64,000 bases of DNA from Eledone cirrhosa (GCA_964016885.1 OZ024743.1:13888001-13952000), one strand, 5' to 3'; numbered from the stretch's first letter, positions 1 through 14,259 are shown. The notes: generated by a model from the letters alone, not told the origin. A program made the numbers and translations.

Positions 1-1089
1 TTCAATGACTATAATTTCAGTTCAACAGATTACGAACTGGTAAGAAGAAATACAATAAATGTTAATACCACAGAATATTACAAATGAAATATAGCTCATT
101 AAATGCGAGGCATAAAAAGGGAAATGTATTAAAATGGAAGAAATTACGTTGAATAAGCAATAGATCACGCTATTAGAACTACAAATATAATGTTAAATAA
201 CCTCAAGGTGCAATAGCGCTTATGGAATTATAGAAATGCAATATACAATATTAAATACTAGAATAGTTTATTGAATATTAGAAACAGAAGAATTTAAGGA
301 AGTCTTGTTGAATTGTAGAAAGAAAGGCTAGCTCTGTAATTAGCAGGTATGTTAATAATTGAGATTAAACTGAGACCGTGAATCAATACAATAATGTCAT
401 TGAATAAAACATTAAATTATAGGAATGCATTGAACCACGTTAAATACTGAAATTATACTAAGGCAACATGAAATATTAAAATGGGTGAATTAACAAAAGC
501 ACTAACAAGTTCATAATAGAAGTGTATGAGAAAGTATTTAGGCGCTGTTTATGTTATATAAAGTCTCGTTAAGAATATTTAAAACTGTGATCATATCACA
601 GCTATCTCCGTTGCCTATAAGAATACTAGGCAGCTGTTCTGGATATTTATAATTTATCTGTGACAGACATTTACCCGCTACTGAGAGAAGTGTTGTTTGC
701 AAATGAACCGCTTAGTGGGGAGGCTCATTTGCATATTGAATTAAACACCATCGGTTGGGTATGCATATAGTGCACCTTGAATGGATACGTTTAATTAGCT
801 GTAACACTAACATAGCAAGGTTCATAACAGAGGTGGATATGAAAGCATACAGGATATATTTATGTATAATATATATAGTTATGAACGTTTTAAGCTGTGA
901 ACAGATATGTCAGTAGCCGGAGAAAATGGTACAATATAGTTTATAGATTGTTATCCTTCATCTGTGACATTCACACCTCACAGGTAATTAGGCGAGAATT
1001 GATACGGCTAAATTTACTACGTTAATAGAAATTAACAATGAATAATATGTATAATATTTTAATGACTGAAATTATGTTTCCCACATAAT

Positions 1090-1276
1090 TGTTTCTACTT
1101 TTGGCACAAGGCCAGCAATTACCCAGTGCATTACTGGTACTTTATTTTATCGACCCCGTAAGGATGAAAGGCAAAGTAAACCTCGGCGGGATTTGAACTC
1201 AGAATAGCAAGGTCCGTAACTCTATGCGTCAAAGCATGGCGTCCGACCCTCTACCGATACTGCCAATCCACCGCCC
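1090..1276 (-). mobile_element. Full-length tRNA-derived SINE (family repeated across the window)
   Basis: Minus strand has an A-box-like TGGCAGTATCGG, a B-box GAGTTCAAATCCC, the core CTTTGCCTTTCATCCTTACGGGGTCGATAAAATAAAGTACCAG and an ATT-rich end. Flanking direct repeat TATGTTTCCCACATAAT at 1073-1089 and 1277-1293 (TSD). Confidence 0.9.
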
Positions 1277-1665
1277 TATGTTTCCCACATAATATGCTTA
1301 GAACGGAATTAGTGTGTTTGAATTGTGGATATATTAAACGTTAGATGATATGTAATAATAATGAAATATAAATGTTTTTTATTTATAAGGAACACAATCG
1401 TTGGCGATATAGCGTAACATTTCAAATATTACAAGTTAGTTTTGTGTTTGAAATATATACTCCGTTATGAGACTACTGACGGCTATGCTGATACTGGTTA
1501 TGTAATAAAACTTAGATATCAGTGAGTTTTGTGCCTTGGTGCATATGTTTCTGACACTCATTTCTCAATAAGTGGGTGCAACAAATACTTGAGAGGTATC
1601 AAGTTGTGTTATAAACCCTCATCGTGTACCTGTGCCATAATTGCAGGATTTGAATTCCAGGAATA

Positions 1666-1787
1666 TAATAATTGTTTCTACCTTTGGCACAAGGCCAGCA
1701 AATACCCAGTACATTAGTGGTACTTTATTTTATCAACCCTGTAAGGATGAAGTACAAAGTTAACCTCGGTGGGATTTGAACTCAGAT
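1666..1787 (-). mobile_element. 5'-truncated copy of the same SINE
   Basis: Aligns to the 3' part of 1090-1276, up to the B-box. Confidence 0.85.
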
Positions 1788-1815
1788 CATAAATTCATTA
1801 TTATATTCTAGGAAT

Positions 1816-1928
1816 ATAATAATAGTTTCTACTTTTGGCACAAGGCCATCAATTACCGCAGTGCATCACTGGTACTTTATTTTATCGACCCCGTTAAGGA
1901 TGAAAGGCAAAGTTAAACTCGGCGGGAT
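1816..1928 (-). mobile_element. 5'-truncated copy of the same SINE
   Basis: Same core and 3' end as 1090-1276. Confidence 0.85.
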
Positions 1929-3469
1929 GAATGTATGCGAAATCCTAGATGTAAAATTGATTACATTTTAATAATCGACATGTGTTGTTAAAGAAAACCT
2001 ATACGTTTATTAAATACGAATGTAAAAGATGAACTCGCTCCATCGTATAGGAAAATGTATTATCGTATAAAATGAAAAGATTAGAGAAAATACGGAAACT
2101 ACGTCTGGGAAACAGAGACCAAGATACCGAGCTTAAAGATATAGAACGGAAAACGTCATGAAATATTATGGTGTATATATATGTATGTGTGTGTGTGGGG
2201 GGGGGGGGGGGCGTGTGTGTGTGTGCGTTTTTATCGAAGACAATTTCAAGAACAACCAGGGACATCTAAACAAATTGCTTTCGGAAGCTTTGTTACCATT
2301 TTCTATTCGCTACAATTCCCTAATATTATCTTTCTTTAGAATTGATGATAATAGACTTATCTGAAAACGTCTAATGGTAAATAATATTAATGTATAATTC
2401 TGTACGTTTTAAATCAGCGATGACAATTTTTCTGATAGTTATGTAGACTCTATAATAAAAGGTATATTTTCTTAATTTTCCTTTAAAAGGCTAGGTAAAA
2501 TGAATGAGTTTATGTATTTTTCAATCATAAATGTTTTAACTAAGAAAGTAAACTTATAAATAAAGTACAATTCTACGTGTATGATTAACATAAACCAATC
2601 ATCAAGCTAAATCCCAAACTGTAGCCATTTTTCTTTATCAGTATCATTATCAGTGCAATTTATCTCTTAGAATTTTATGAGATTCGGTAACACTCAATAA
2701 ATTATCAATTAGCCATGTTCAATGAAATAACGGTTTAAATATTTGGATCGGTACATCAATTATCTGTGAGCTTAAATCTGAAAATATATGAGTATGAATA
2801 TTTTCCTTTGAGTAAGAGCTACTTCATACCATGGATAATGAAGCCATTTTAGTTTGTCGAGAGAAAATGGTACAATAATAATCTTCAGTCTTGCCTTCAC
2901 CTGTATTCTGTCAGCTAAGATATTTAATCCTCCACCTAACAGAACAAGATATAAGCTGCCATTACAGATATTTTGCTATTGAATTTCGATTTAACTTTTC
3001 TTGTAGAAATTCCTTCTTCCGTGTGACACAGTGAATAATAAAGTTGTGAAAGCATTAATACTTTGTATTTGCATCACATGTATTTTTATAGTCATTGCAA
3101 ACATGTTAAACATATTAATAGAATATGCTGTCTATCAGAACTGTCGTACTTTTGATTTCAGTATTTTATTATTTCAATTTAGAAAATGTCATTTTTAATC
3201 ATTTCAAAGATAAAAAAATTGACGTCATTCATACTGTATTAGAAGAAAATGAACTATGTTGTGTGATTATCATTGCGAAATGAAAATGTAAATCTGCGCA
3301 TTTAAACCGATTATTTCAATTTATTTAAAAATCATAGCAGTGTTTCTCGCTCTTGTCAAGTGCAGCATAGGAATATAAGTAATACACGCACAGATACAGA
3401 CATGGAAACGCATACAAGCACAAGCACGCACATATATGTATATATGTATGTATATATGTATACATATAC

Positions 3470-3646
<177 letters not shown>

Positions 3647-3657
3647 CACACACATGA

Positions 3658-3715
<58 letters not shown>

Positions 3716-4519
3716 GTGTGTGTATGTATATAATCGGTCTGTTTAATTAAATCTCCTCATTCACACTTTTAATTACTTGTCATATTGTTGTTTAAGATAT
3801 GAACCTGTATTAGCATACGAATGATGATTAAGGTTATCAACGACATTATGTGCGTGAGAAGAAACTCTAATGTACTATTTAATTATAATTCCTATATCTT
3901 GGCTGAAGCATAGTAATAACTAATAGGCGAACGTTTCATACTGCAGGTTTAGGCGCAATACTCTATTCACGAGAAAGCGAAATCTATTGGAAATCGTAAT
4001 AAAGCTGCATATATATTGTATTTAAGATATTTATGCAGTTTAATATTTAAAGTTTAATAACTATAGCCATATATTTTAATATATAATAATCCATTAGGTT
4101 CGTGGTTGACTACCTTGAAATGTTACTGACACAGTGTTGCGCGCATAGAGATAACAGAAGAGTTATATACAGATGTCAAATTCTGGATAGTCAAATGTGC
4201 TTCACAATAAACTACATTTCACATACAGAGTAGAACTAAAATATGTCAAAACAATATATTCTCGTGTTTATTAGTTATTTTTCTATAGACGTAGCTATTA
4301 CAATGGCTTCCACACTTGCACTGATAGTAGAGCGATCAACCTTATGAATGTTTCTCTTTAACAACCCACCTTTTATCTTCAACAATGTGATTGGTGACGC
4401 AAATTATATAGGCCGGTTGTGATAGCAAAATGTAACTAGATCATGTATGTGTAATATTCTCTCTTTTGTTCAAATCTAGGCACGCATTGAGATCAAACTC
4501 GTTATGATCATTATTGTAA

Positions 4520-4740
4520 GGCAGTGGATTGGTATTATCGATAGAGCGTCGTCCACCATGCATTTGGCATGTGGTTATGGGTCTTTGCTTCTAAGATCAA
4601 ATCCCGCTGTGAGTAGCTTTGCTTTTCTACCTTATGTGGTTAAAAATATAAAGTACCTGTAAATCACTGGGGCCTACTTAATTTACTTTCCTCACACCGA
4701 AAATTATTGGCCGTCTGCTTAAATAAAAAAAAACATTATA
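4520..4740 (+). mobile_element. Older, diverged SINE copy with a longer 3' part
   Basis: GGCAGTGGATTGGTATTATCG head, TCAAATCCCGC B-box remnant, degenerate core ending AAAGTACC. Confidence 0.6.
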
Positions 4741-5366
4741 GTTGTTGATCTTTCTGAACTGTGCGCCACGTGCTTTTTATTGTATGTTTTTGTTGATTTC
4801 CACCTGTTTCTGAAACTTGTTTTTGCTTAGAGATTTTGTAGGTGTCTTTACCTACGTTCAACCAAGAAGATGGTGGTGTCTCTCGTATCTCAACCCACCA
4901 AAGAGCAAAATCTGCATTGATTTTGTTGTTTCGTCTCCCAAATTAAAGGTTTAAATATTGCGGATCCTGAAGTGACGTCCCTGGGAAGAACAAAGGTGTA
5001 ACGCACGACAAAGATCAGAACAAGAACGTCACTGCCAACATTACATTTGTCACACCAACTACTTTTGACCCCGACGACAGCAGTAGGAACTACCAGATAG
5101 AATTTAACAAAAACCTCATCAATAGTACAAACACCACCACCACCACCTCCGCAGTCGCCAACCAAAATTTGACCACCACCACTGAACCAACACGAATTAT
5201 AAAAGGGTCAAATGACAGAGGTTACAGTAAATCTTACATCAAAGTTTTATATATGTGATTTCCTTAGAGGATTAGTGAAAGTGATACATGTAAGTTAAAA
5301 GTAATCTGCGCCGATTATATATATATATGTATATATAATAATAGGTTACAGTATATTTGCTTATGA

Positions 5367-5417
5367 ATATCTGCCTCCGATGAGCCCCCTTGGGCGAAAC
5401 ACGTGTAAGAGTTATAT
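5367..5417 (+). ncRNA. Minimal type I hammerhead motif (CCGAUGA variant)
   Basis: CCGATGA (5377-5383), stem II GCCC/GGGC, GAAA, palindromic CACGTG, TA. Stem I is weak. Lies next to an (AT)n run. Confidence 0.6.
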
Positions 5418-5920
5418 AAAGATATGTTTTAACGGTTTGTAACTCTTTATATATATTAATAAAATATAACGCGTTTTATAATAAAACGCGTTTTATAATA
5501 AAACGTACCTTCAGCAGTTTACAAAAAACAATTCCTCTCTCATTGCATTGTATTAGTTGATTTTAAAATGTTGTATCAACCAAGGCATATCTTCCTTGTT
5601 TTTTTCTATCGCTTGATAATACGTAATTGGAGATTCGATCTTGGAACGTCGGGGATATTCGTTTGCCTGTAAAGTCTCCTCACATAACATATTCAAACAG
5701 CGAGACGGTATTTGTATATAAACCTTTGGACATTTTCATCTTACAATTTATTGATAGAGTTGACAGTGAAATTGAGTGAAAGAAAAGAAACAAAGAAAGA
5801 GACTGAGATAGATAAAGAGTGAGACAGAGAGATAGCTAGATAGATAGAGAGAGTGGGGGGAGAAAGACATATATATACATATGTAGGTAGGTAGATGGAC
5901 ACACAGACATATATATAAAT

Positions 5921-5960
<40 letters not shown>

Positions 5961-7071
5961 GTTATTTCTTCGTTATTTTTTCCACGAAACATTCGGAAAT
6001 TTATACTTAAGTAATATGAAAAGGTGACTAAGTAATGAAACGAGTAAATCATGTTTAACAGATAGATGAAATATTTTAATCAACATAAAATCATGTAGAT
6101 AGGCTAGTTATACTTGCTATGAATGAAAAAAAAAATAAATAGCAAATTTGACAAAAACATAAATGCCGCAATATCAGTAACAAAGATATACACAATAACA
6201 AGACGAGTCGGAGAAAAAGAAAATACGAGATTACTAAAAGAGCTATTATAATTAGAAACAGAAGGCTTCTAATATCAATATCAATAGATAGTGATGTCCT
6301 TTTTCTTACGTAGGAGATATCAGGAAATTAACAATAGTACAAAATAACCACAATAATAATGACTACAGTGCAAATTCCTTGAAATATTTACAACAATAAA
6401 AATGCAAATGTTTTCAAAAATGTCATAATCATTATTGAAAATAGTTCTATTGTTACCTACAATATGCTCTTATTTCTTACAAATAAGGTATAGAATTCAC
6501 TGGATTGCTGCTGTAGAAAATATGTCCAATATATTTCGATGTTCAACTAAATTTAATTAGTTTCAAGCTAAACACCTGTCAGTAATTTTTCATAGAAGAA
6601 TCGAACAACAAATAGAACCAGAACTCAAATACAATATTTCTCTTCAAACCACATTAGCAACTAAAAACGTCTGGTGTGATATTAACAATGGATATGCATT
6701 TGTCTGCATGATCTATCAATCTCTTATACCACTGCTAATTAAATTTATATCTTCAATTAGTCTTTTTACAATTATCTTTCTTATTTTTTTACTCATTACT
6801 GTATTTTTACAGATTTTATGAGATTAAAATGAACACGTAATAATGATTAAGAGCTTTGAAACCGTATTTTAGTACGGTTATTTTCGTTTCACGAAAGACT
6901 TCCAGAGCAAATCAATATGATTTGGAAGATATGTAGTGGAATGTGGTTGGGGCATATAAATAGAAATATCAAAGATTCAAGGAATTGTAAACGAATCATG
7001 TGTTGCCAATATGATTAATAATAAAACAGTAACCACCTAACATCTTTTAAAAAATGATCATTATATATATA

Positions 7072-7705
7072 CTAGCAGTGGTACCTGGCGTTGCACGGGA
7101 TAAGGTATTTTGGAACGAGGGCCGCCAACAGACCTAATCCTGGAAAAACTGCATGTCTGGACAATATGTAAAGAAAATAAACCGAATAATTTGATGTCTG
7201 GATAATCTTTAAGATTTTCCTCAATGAAGCAGGAAAAAATGTAGGTTTTCAACTAATGCGGTCCCTAGGGGATCAAGAAAATGAATTTCTTTTATGTGCA
7301 TAATATGCTTTGACATTTCGGGAAAGTAGGCTAGACGTAACGCCTCAAAAAATCCCTAAAAAGCTGTAAAAATGAAATTTTTCACCAAATGCGAACCCTA
7401 GGCCATAAACAAGTTGGATTTTCTTTGCTAACGGTGTGAAGAAGAGAGCGAAAAATACATAGTTACAATTTCAAGGAAATTGGTCTGACAGAACGCCTAA
7501 AAAAACCTAAAAAGCTGTAAAAACGCAGGTTTTCACATAATGCGAGCCCTATGGGAGCAAAGAGTTGAATTTCTTTATGTGCATTATACTTCCTGAAACA
7601 TGGATAATACACATATAACGTTTGAAGTAAATCGGTTGGGTACTTCTTGAGTTTTAGGGATTCAAACCCACAGACACACAGACAGACATCCTCAGTTTTA
7701 TATAT
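7072..7705 (-). mobile_element. Non-autonomous Helitron-like element
   Basis: Minus strand ends with an imperfect GC hairpin (CCCGTGCAACGCCAGGT) about 8 nt before a terminal CTAG|T. The 5' end is TATATATAAAACTGAGG followed by a (TGTC)n-like run. Internal degenerate subrepeat at about 7255-7600. Confidence 0.7.
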
Positions 7706-7721
7706 ATATATATATATATAT

Positions 7722-7917
7722 ATAGGAACGAGTAGGACACCGACGGCTGAGCTCAAGCCGTTTCGACGGCTAATTCTGGACTAAAAATTTAGCCGTCGAG
7801 ACGGCTTGAGCTCAGCCGTCGGGGTCCTACTCGTTCCTATTACCCACTCTACTACCCTAAGTATTGAGTACCTTGGTGCGTTATGGTCCACCTGGTTCCT
7901 TATCACATTTCCTTCGT
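7722..7917. mobile_element. Miniature head-to-head inverted insertion in (TA)n containing the 3' half of a hammerhead
   Basis: Arms 7722-7774 and 7787-7840 are reverse complements; tail 7841-7917; (TA)n on both sides. Each arm reads GAAA (GAGA in the right arm)-CGGCT-TGAGCTC-AGCCG-TC. Confidence 0.7.
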
Positions 7918-7965
7918 TATATATATATATATATATATATATAAATATATATAGTTTTTCTCTCC

Positions 7966-8108
<143 letters not shown>

Positions 8109-8174
8109 GAAGAAAACTGCTGAGAGTATATATATATATATATATAGTTTATACATATATATATATATATATAT

Positions 8175-8373
8175 AAAGAAAAAAATATGAAATCGAAAAT
8201 GCAACTAGAGTCTTATTTAAAAAAAATATATATATACTTATTTGTTACCTTTACCGGTTTCGCAGTTCTTCTGCTTTTCAAAAGTAGGTTCATCTTTTTT
8301 TCTTTATACTTTCACTCGTGTAGGACACGAAACATAAGTCAATTGCATGAACTCATAATCCTTTATTTACTGC
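8175..8373. mobile_element. Small inverted PLE-end insertion, same family as 39738-41794
   Basis: Minus arm 8175-8288 has HHR TTGAAAA-GCAG..CTGC-GAAA-CCGG-TA (8247-8287). Plus arm starts at 8289 with the tail TTTCACTCGTGTAGGA. Flanked by (TA)n. Confidence 0.7.
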
Positions 8374-8477
8374 TATATATATTTCGATGTTATATATATA
8401 TATATGCAGAAGATTACACAAGTCCGAAGAAAACTGGAGAGAATACCAAAGTTTGGACTGATGCAGAGCAGAGTGTA

Positions 8478-8553
8478 TATAATTGTTTCTACTTTAGGCA
8501 CAAGGCCAGCAATTACCCAGTGCATTACTAGTACTTTATTTTATCAACCCCGT
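8478..8553 (-). mobile_element. SINE 3' fragment
   Basis: Matches the 3' end of the 1090-1276 SINE. Confidence 0.8.
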
Positions 8554-9217
8554 GTATATAATAAGAACAAACTCGAGGTGTTACATAGGAGATTTATTGC
8601 TCAATCCTAGTTACAAACGTTTCTCAAGCTACCATCTCGTGATCTGCGTTGGTATTCAAGACCAGACTACATATATGCCTGATCCTCAGACCAGTGTTAA
8701 CACAACAGTAATCACATTTATATGATTTCGAGTAATGCAATCGTTTCATACTTAAGCATAAAAACCATGTACGTGGCTTTTTAGTCCTGCGTGGGACATG
8801 CCCATGACCAGCTATGAGATGCATTGTAAAGAAAAGTCATATATCAATAGATGCCTGTGCTTGAAGCTTATTATAGTGAGGAAGGTCTTCGCGACGGGAT
8901 TAATCCGACCCGCTGAATGTCGAATTGATTTACCCAAAGAGTGGAAACGATCCTTATCATTGGATGCAAATGAAGTCGCAGGTTTGTTTCAGAGTAACCT
9001 CCTAGAGAGATGTCTTATTGAAGAATAAGTGTCTTTGGCACCACAAAAAAAAAACTTAAATGATGGCCGCTGAATATCCCGACTTTCTGCACCATCTCAC
9101 GGGTTCTGCTTTCATCCAGCTGGGTTATCTAAAATCAGTCTCTTCACCAAGAAATCTTGGTGGGGCTGCCGGTTTGGCCGCCAGCGAACCTACCAGGTAC
9201 AGGTTGTAATGGGTTAC

Positions 9218-9297
<80 letters not shown>

Positions 9298-9338
9298 GAG
9301 AGTAAAACAAAGAAGCCTTTAATACATCAAAAGTTTTT

Positions 9339-9383
9339 ATTAGCCGACAATGTTTTGTCCCATTAAGGACTCATCAGGGCAAT
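9339..9383 (-). ncRNA. Hammerhead motif, probably inactive (GAAA changed to AAAA)
   Basis: GCC-CTGATGA-GTCCTTAATGGGAC-AAAA-CATTG-TC-GGC. Confidence 0.75.
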
Positions 9384-10934
9384 TAAAACAACAAGAAGTA
9401 ATATCGGCAGATACAAGCCGGAAGCTCCGAAGAATATGGAGTGTACATACACTAAAGTCTTGCAAAAATATATAATAAAAATAATAATAATATATAATAA
9501 GAATAACTGAGGATGTATATAACATTAAGAACCATATTACAAATATAGTCCAAAGCAAATAACCTAGAGCTAAACGAAGGTGGTTATATAGAGCAGGAAT
9601 TATATATAACACAATGTAATATAATATAATACATTATAATAATATACCTTTACCAACATTAAAATTACAATAAAAATCAAAAGGTACAATATGCACATGT
9701 ATATATGTGCGCACACGCACACACACACACACACATACAACAATACGCACATCTATCTTCAACTACACAAATTAAACCTTATTAGGAGTTTGAATATAAA
9801 AATAAGCATGATAAGAGTGAAAATAATAATAATAATAATACCAATACATCTACCCAATATACATGAGGTAATAATATGATATAATTACAAGAAACACATA
9901 TAATAAATAATAAACAATACAATTATATAATTCAATATAATAGATGATCCCCGGTTAATTTACACAAACAATATAGATGTCACAATAATAATATAATAAT
10001 AATATATTAACAATGTGCTAACATTTACAATAAACGATATATAATGGTATTCAAGTAAACAAATCGATTCATACTGGGTTACAGAGTAAATGAGGAAAAA
10101 TAAATTATACAATACTCAAAAAACATTGTGATGGTACAGAAAAATACAAACATCTTACATGATATATAAAGTTTAAATATCATAATGTTACATAAAATGA
10201 ACAGTAAGTAATAAGGATCAATATTACAATACAATATAATATAATATATTATATAAAATAAATTGACATAATATAATATATAATTACTTATAATTACAAG
10301 GTTAGTAGACAGACATATGTGGATGTGTAAGTAAGTGCCAGACAGTGAATAGTAAATAGTAAATATAATGCCCAGTAGTATTTCAAATAAAATATAGAAT
10401 ATAAAATATAGAATAAAATAAATAAATAAATATAATCAACCGGAAATTTCAAAACAAAAACAAACATATACATTTAGGTCTCACATGCGGTTAAGTAGTT
10501 AAGTAAAAACTAGAGGAAAACAATCCCTGTAAATGACTTGAAAACCCTATTTGATAAATTAATATTAAAAATATTTAAACTATCCAATAAGGTAGTATAA
10601 TATTAGCTATAGTTTAAGTCATTAAAGTTTATAAACTTTAATGTTTCGTTACAAATGTTTACAAAAAGGAATGAATTTTTTTTACTATCATATACATAAC
10701 GATATCTAAAAAACTGACTTAAGTAGAATTAAGGTAGGCCAATGGGGACATAATTGAAGAAATATATGGAGGATGCAAAGGGGCATAAAATATAGTCGAT
10801 ATACTATAATAAATAATAACGGTGCGTAAAATAGGGGGGGGGGTTAAATATAATCATAGTCAATTTGGAGGGGTTGACAATAAGTTTATGTGCGCATGGG
10901 GAGGAGGGGGGTATCCAAAGATGAATCTGAATAA

Positions 10935-11122
10935 AAAATAAAAATAAAAATAAAAATAAAAATAAAAATAAAAATAAAAATAAAAATAAAAATAAAAATA
11001 AAAATAAAAATAAAAATAAAAATAAAAATAAAAATAAAAATAAAAATAAAAATAAAAATAAAAATAAAAATAAAAATAAAAATAAAAATAAAAATAAAAA
11101 TAAAAATAAAAATAAAAATAAA

Positions 11123-11153
<31 letters not shown>

Positions 11154-11157
11154 TAAA

Positions 11158-11188
<31 letters not shown>

Positions 11189-11545
11189 TAAAAATAAAAA
11201 TAATAAAAATAAAAATAAAAATAAAAATAAAAATAAAAATAAAAATAAAAATAAAAATAAAAATAAAAATAAAAATAAAAATAAAAATAAAAATAAAAAT
11301 AAAAATAAAAATAAAAATAAAAATAAAAATAAAAATAAAAATAAAAATAAAAATAAAAATAAAAATAAAAATAAAAATAAAATTAAAAATAAAAATAAAA
11401 TTAAAATAAAAATAAAATTAAAAATAAAAATAAAAATAAAAATAAAAAAATTAAAAATAAAAATAAAAATAAAAATAAAAATAAAAATAAAAATAAAAAT
11501 AAAAATAAAAATAAAAATAAAATTAAAAATAAAAATAAAAATGAA
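10935..11545. repeat. (TAAAAA)n hexanucleotide array
   Basis: About 600 bp of near-perfect tandem repeat inside the 9293-12446 element. Confidence 0.95.
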
Positions 11546-12255
11546 GATAATAATAAAATAAAGTAAATAGCGTAAAGTATGTAATCTTATATATATTCAC
11601 AAGGTGTAATAGTGAAAATTTAATGCGTAAGAAGACAGATATGGTACAGTAGCCAAATGATTATGAGAGCTAGAATAAAGAGTCATCAAAAACCAATGAT
11701 AATAATGATGATAATAATAATGTTGGCAAACAAAAGAACTTAAACTAAAAAAATAAGTAATGGAATATATCTGCTAATGGGTACAATTTGTACTACTAGA
11801 ACGTTTGGGTTTATAATAAAAGTAAGAATTAGAAATAGCGTGGGGGCAAGAAGAGAATATCTCAGACTTTCTATTAAGTAAGGATACGCTAGAGAAAATT
11901 ATAGAGTGTGTCTCAAGGATATGTGTGCGCACATATATACATGTGCATATTGTACCTTTTGATTTTTATTGTAATTTTAACGTTGGTAAAGGTATATTAT
12001 TATAATGTATTATATTATATTACATTGTGTTATATATAATTCCTGCTCTATATAACCACCTTCGTTTAGCTCTAGGTTATTTGCTTTGGACTATATTTGT
12101 AATATGGTTCTTAATGTTATATACATCCTTAGTTATTCTTATTATATATTTTTATTATTTTTATTATATATTTTTGCAAGACTTTAGTGTATGTACACTC
12201 CATATTCTTCGGAGCTTCCGGCTTGTATCTGCCAATATTACTTCTTGTTGTTTTA

Positions 12256-12300
12256 ATTGCCCTGATGAATCCTTAATGGGACGAAACATTGTCGGCTAAT
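12256..12300 (+). ncRNA. Type I hammerhead ribozyme motif
   Basis: Stem I GCC/GGC, CTGATGA 12262-12268, stem II (A)TCC..GGAC, GAAA 12283-12286, GTC triplet 12291-12293. Confidence 0.85.
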
Positions 12301-12443
12301 AAAAACTTTTGATGTATTAAAGGCTTCTTTGTTTTACTATCTTAATTTTTCGGCTCTGTTTAACTGCATTGAGCTATACCTTTTACTGTCATTTCTATAA
12401 TACGAAGAGGGTGTTTAATTCCAACACGCTCCAGTATTTTAAT

Positions 12444-12479
<36 letters not shown>

Positions 12480-12484
<5 letters not shown>

Positions 12485-12605
12485 ATAAGAAACGGAGAAT
12501 CAGTGTTGCGACGAATAAAATTTATTAGACATATTACAATCGTTTCTCCGTTTCTTATGTTTCTTGTGTGATATTATATTCTGCTCTGTAAAAGCATCGA
12601 GTGCT

Positions 12606-12608
<3 letters not shown>
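12480..12608. mobile_element. Micro inverted insertion of the family at 12670-13086
   Basis: Minus arm to about 12545 includes GAAACGATTGTA, followed by a plus arm with the tail ..GCATCGAGTGCTCA; between (TA)n tracts. Confidence 0.65.
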
Positions 12609-12669
<61 letters not shown>

Positions 12670-12671
<2 letters not shown>

Positions 12672-13086
12672 TTGGTGTTGCATGCCTAAAACGTCCGTAT
12701 GCGGTAGCGCTATGAGCACTCGATGGTCTCGTAGAGCAGAGTATGATATCACAGAAAAAAGAGAATCAGTGTTGCGACGAATGGAATTTATTGGAAATAT
12801 TACAATCCTTTCCCTTGCGACCAGCGCGAGGCATGATCGATGTGTTGATTGGACCTGACTCTGAAAATCGCAAGTTCCTCAGATACGTCTCGATTCTACG
12901 AAGCAGATTTCCCAATAGGATCATCTGCTACGAAGAATCAAGACGTATCTGAGGAACTTGTCATTTTCAGAGTCAGGTTCGTTCATCACATCGATCGTGC
13001 CTCGAGCTGGTGGCCAGATAAATTATTTTAATATGTCCAATAAATTCCATTCATCGCAACACTGATTCTCTTTTTTTTCTGTGATA
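12670..13086. mobile_element. About 340 bp fold-back insertion plus a 75 bp tail, HHR-bearing
   Basis: 12745-13086 is an imperfect palindrome centred near 12915; the tail 12670-12744 is unpaired; (TA)n on both flanks. Confidence 0.8.
12797..12886 (-). ncRNA. Hammerhead motif with an enlarged stem II loop
   Basis: GTAT-CTGAGGA-A-CTTGCGA..(about 45 nt)..TCGCAAG-G-GAAA-GGATTG-TA-ATAT. The sister copy at 12531-12546 has CGATTG. Confidence 0.65.
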
Positions 13087-13112
13087 TATATATATAAAAA
13101 TATATATATATA

Positions 13113-13238
<126 letters not shown>

Positions 13239-13821
13239 CATATCGGATTTGAAACTTGATATATGGGAATCCATGGAATTTAAAATATCCCATCGCGCAT
13301 GTCGCATCTCACTTGATTTACAGGAATCTTGCAGAGGAATAAAACTATTAAATACAACGGGCGACCATTAATGCCGAAGCGATTAATGATGGAAGTAAAA
13401 ATAAAAGTCATATCTACTTACATGTATTGAAGAAACCATAATCCAAAATAGACTAAATTCCTGGAGACTTGCTGTAATATGTCTTATGTACTTTATACCC
13501 AATTTCAAATATTAATGTCAACACCTAGCCAAACATCAATACATCTTCCCCTTCCTAGTTTAGATTGTAAAGCCAAAATAAAAAAAAACACCCTTAAACA
13601 ATTAGAACTCTAGCTAGTGGGAATGTCTAGACAAGTTCATTGATTTATGAAAATTACAGTTAAAAACTATCTTCAAGGAACTTTTATAAAATTGAAATAA
13701 ATATCAATAAAAATTATGAAATTAGGACAGACGTTATATGTTTTAATAGAAAATGTTTCTCTCATACATACCTTACTCTCACATTCTCGTTCACATTCCC
13801 TGAAAAAAAAAACAAGCATAT

Positions 13822-13942
<121 letters not shown>

Positions 13943-13963
13943 CATATATATATACATATATAC

Positions 13964-14128
<165 letters not shown>

Positions 14129-14259
14129 GGTCTGAGATTCACCACTGTATAGAGCTGGTCTATTCCGTATGGTCAATCGTAATGTAATAATATAGAGAGT
14201 ACTCAACGTAAAGCAGTTCAACTGTCTTTGTTTTTGTAGTTGGTGGTGCTATTACGGAG

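Larger units (their letters stand above)
9293..12446. mobile_element. Non-coding PLE-like 3' region with an inverted second copy
   Basis: 9293-9716 is the reverse complement of 11923-12346. The right arm continues to 12446. HHR in each arm; (TA)n on both flanks. Confidence 0.8.

Noticed and set aside
1-560. A-rich quasi-periodic stretch
   Set aside because: No repeat unit could be defined by eye; not CRISPR-like.
9340-12299. Two near-identical 90 aa hydrophobic ORFs
   Set aside because: By-products of the AT-rich inverted arms; non-ATG starts, and they overlap the HHR.
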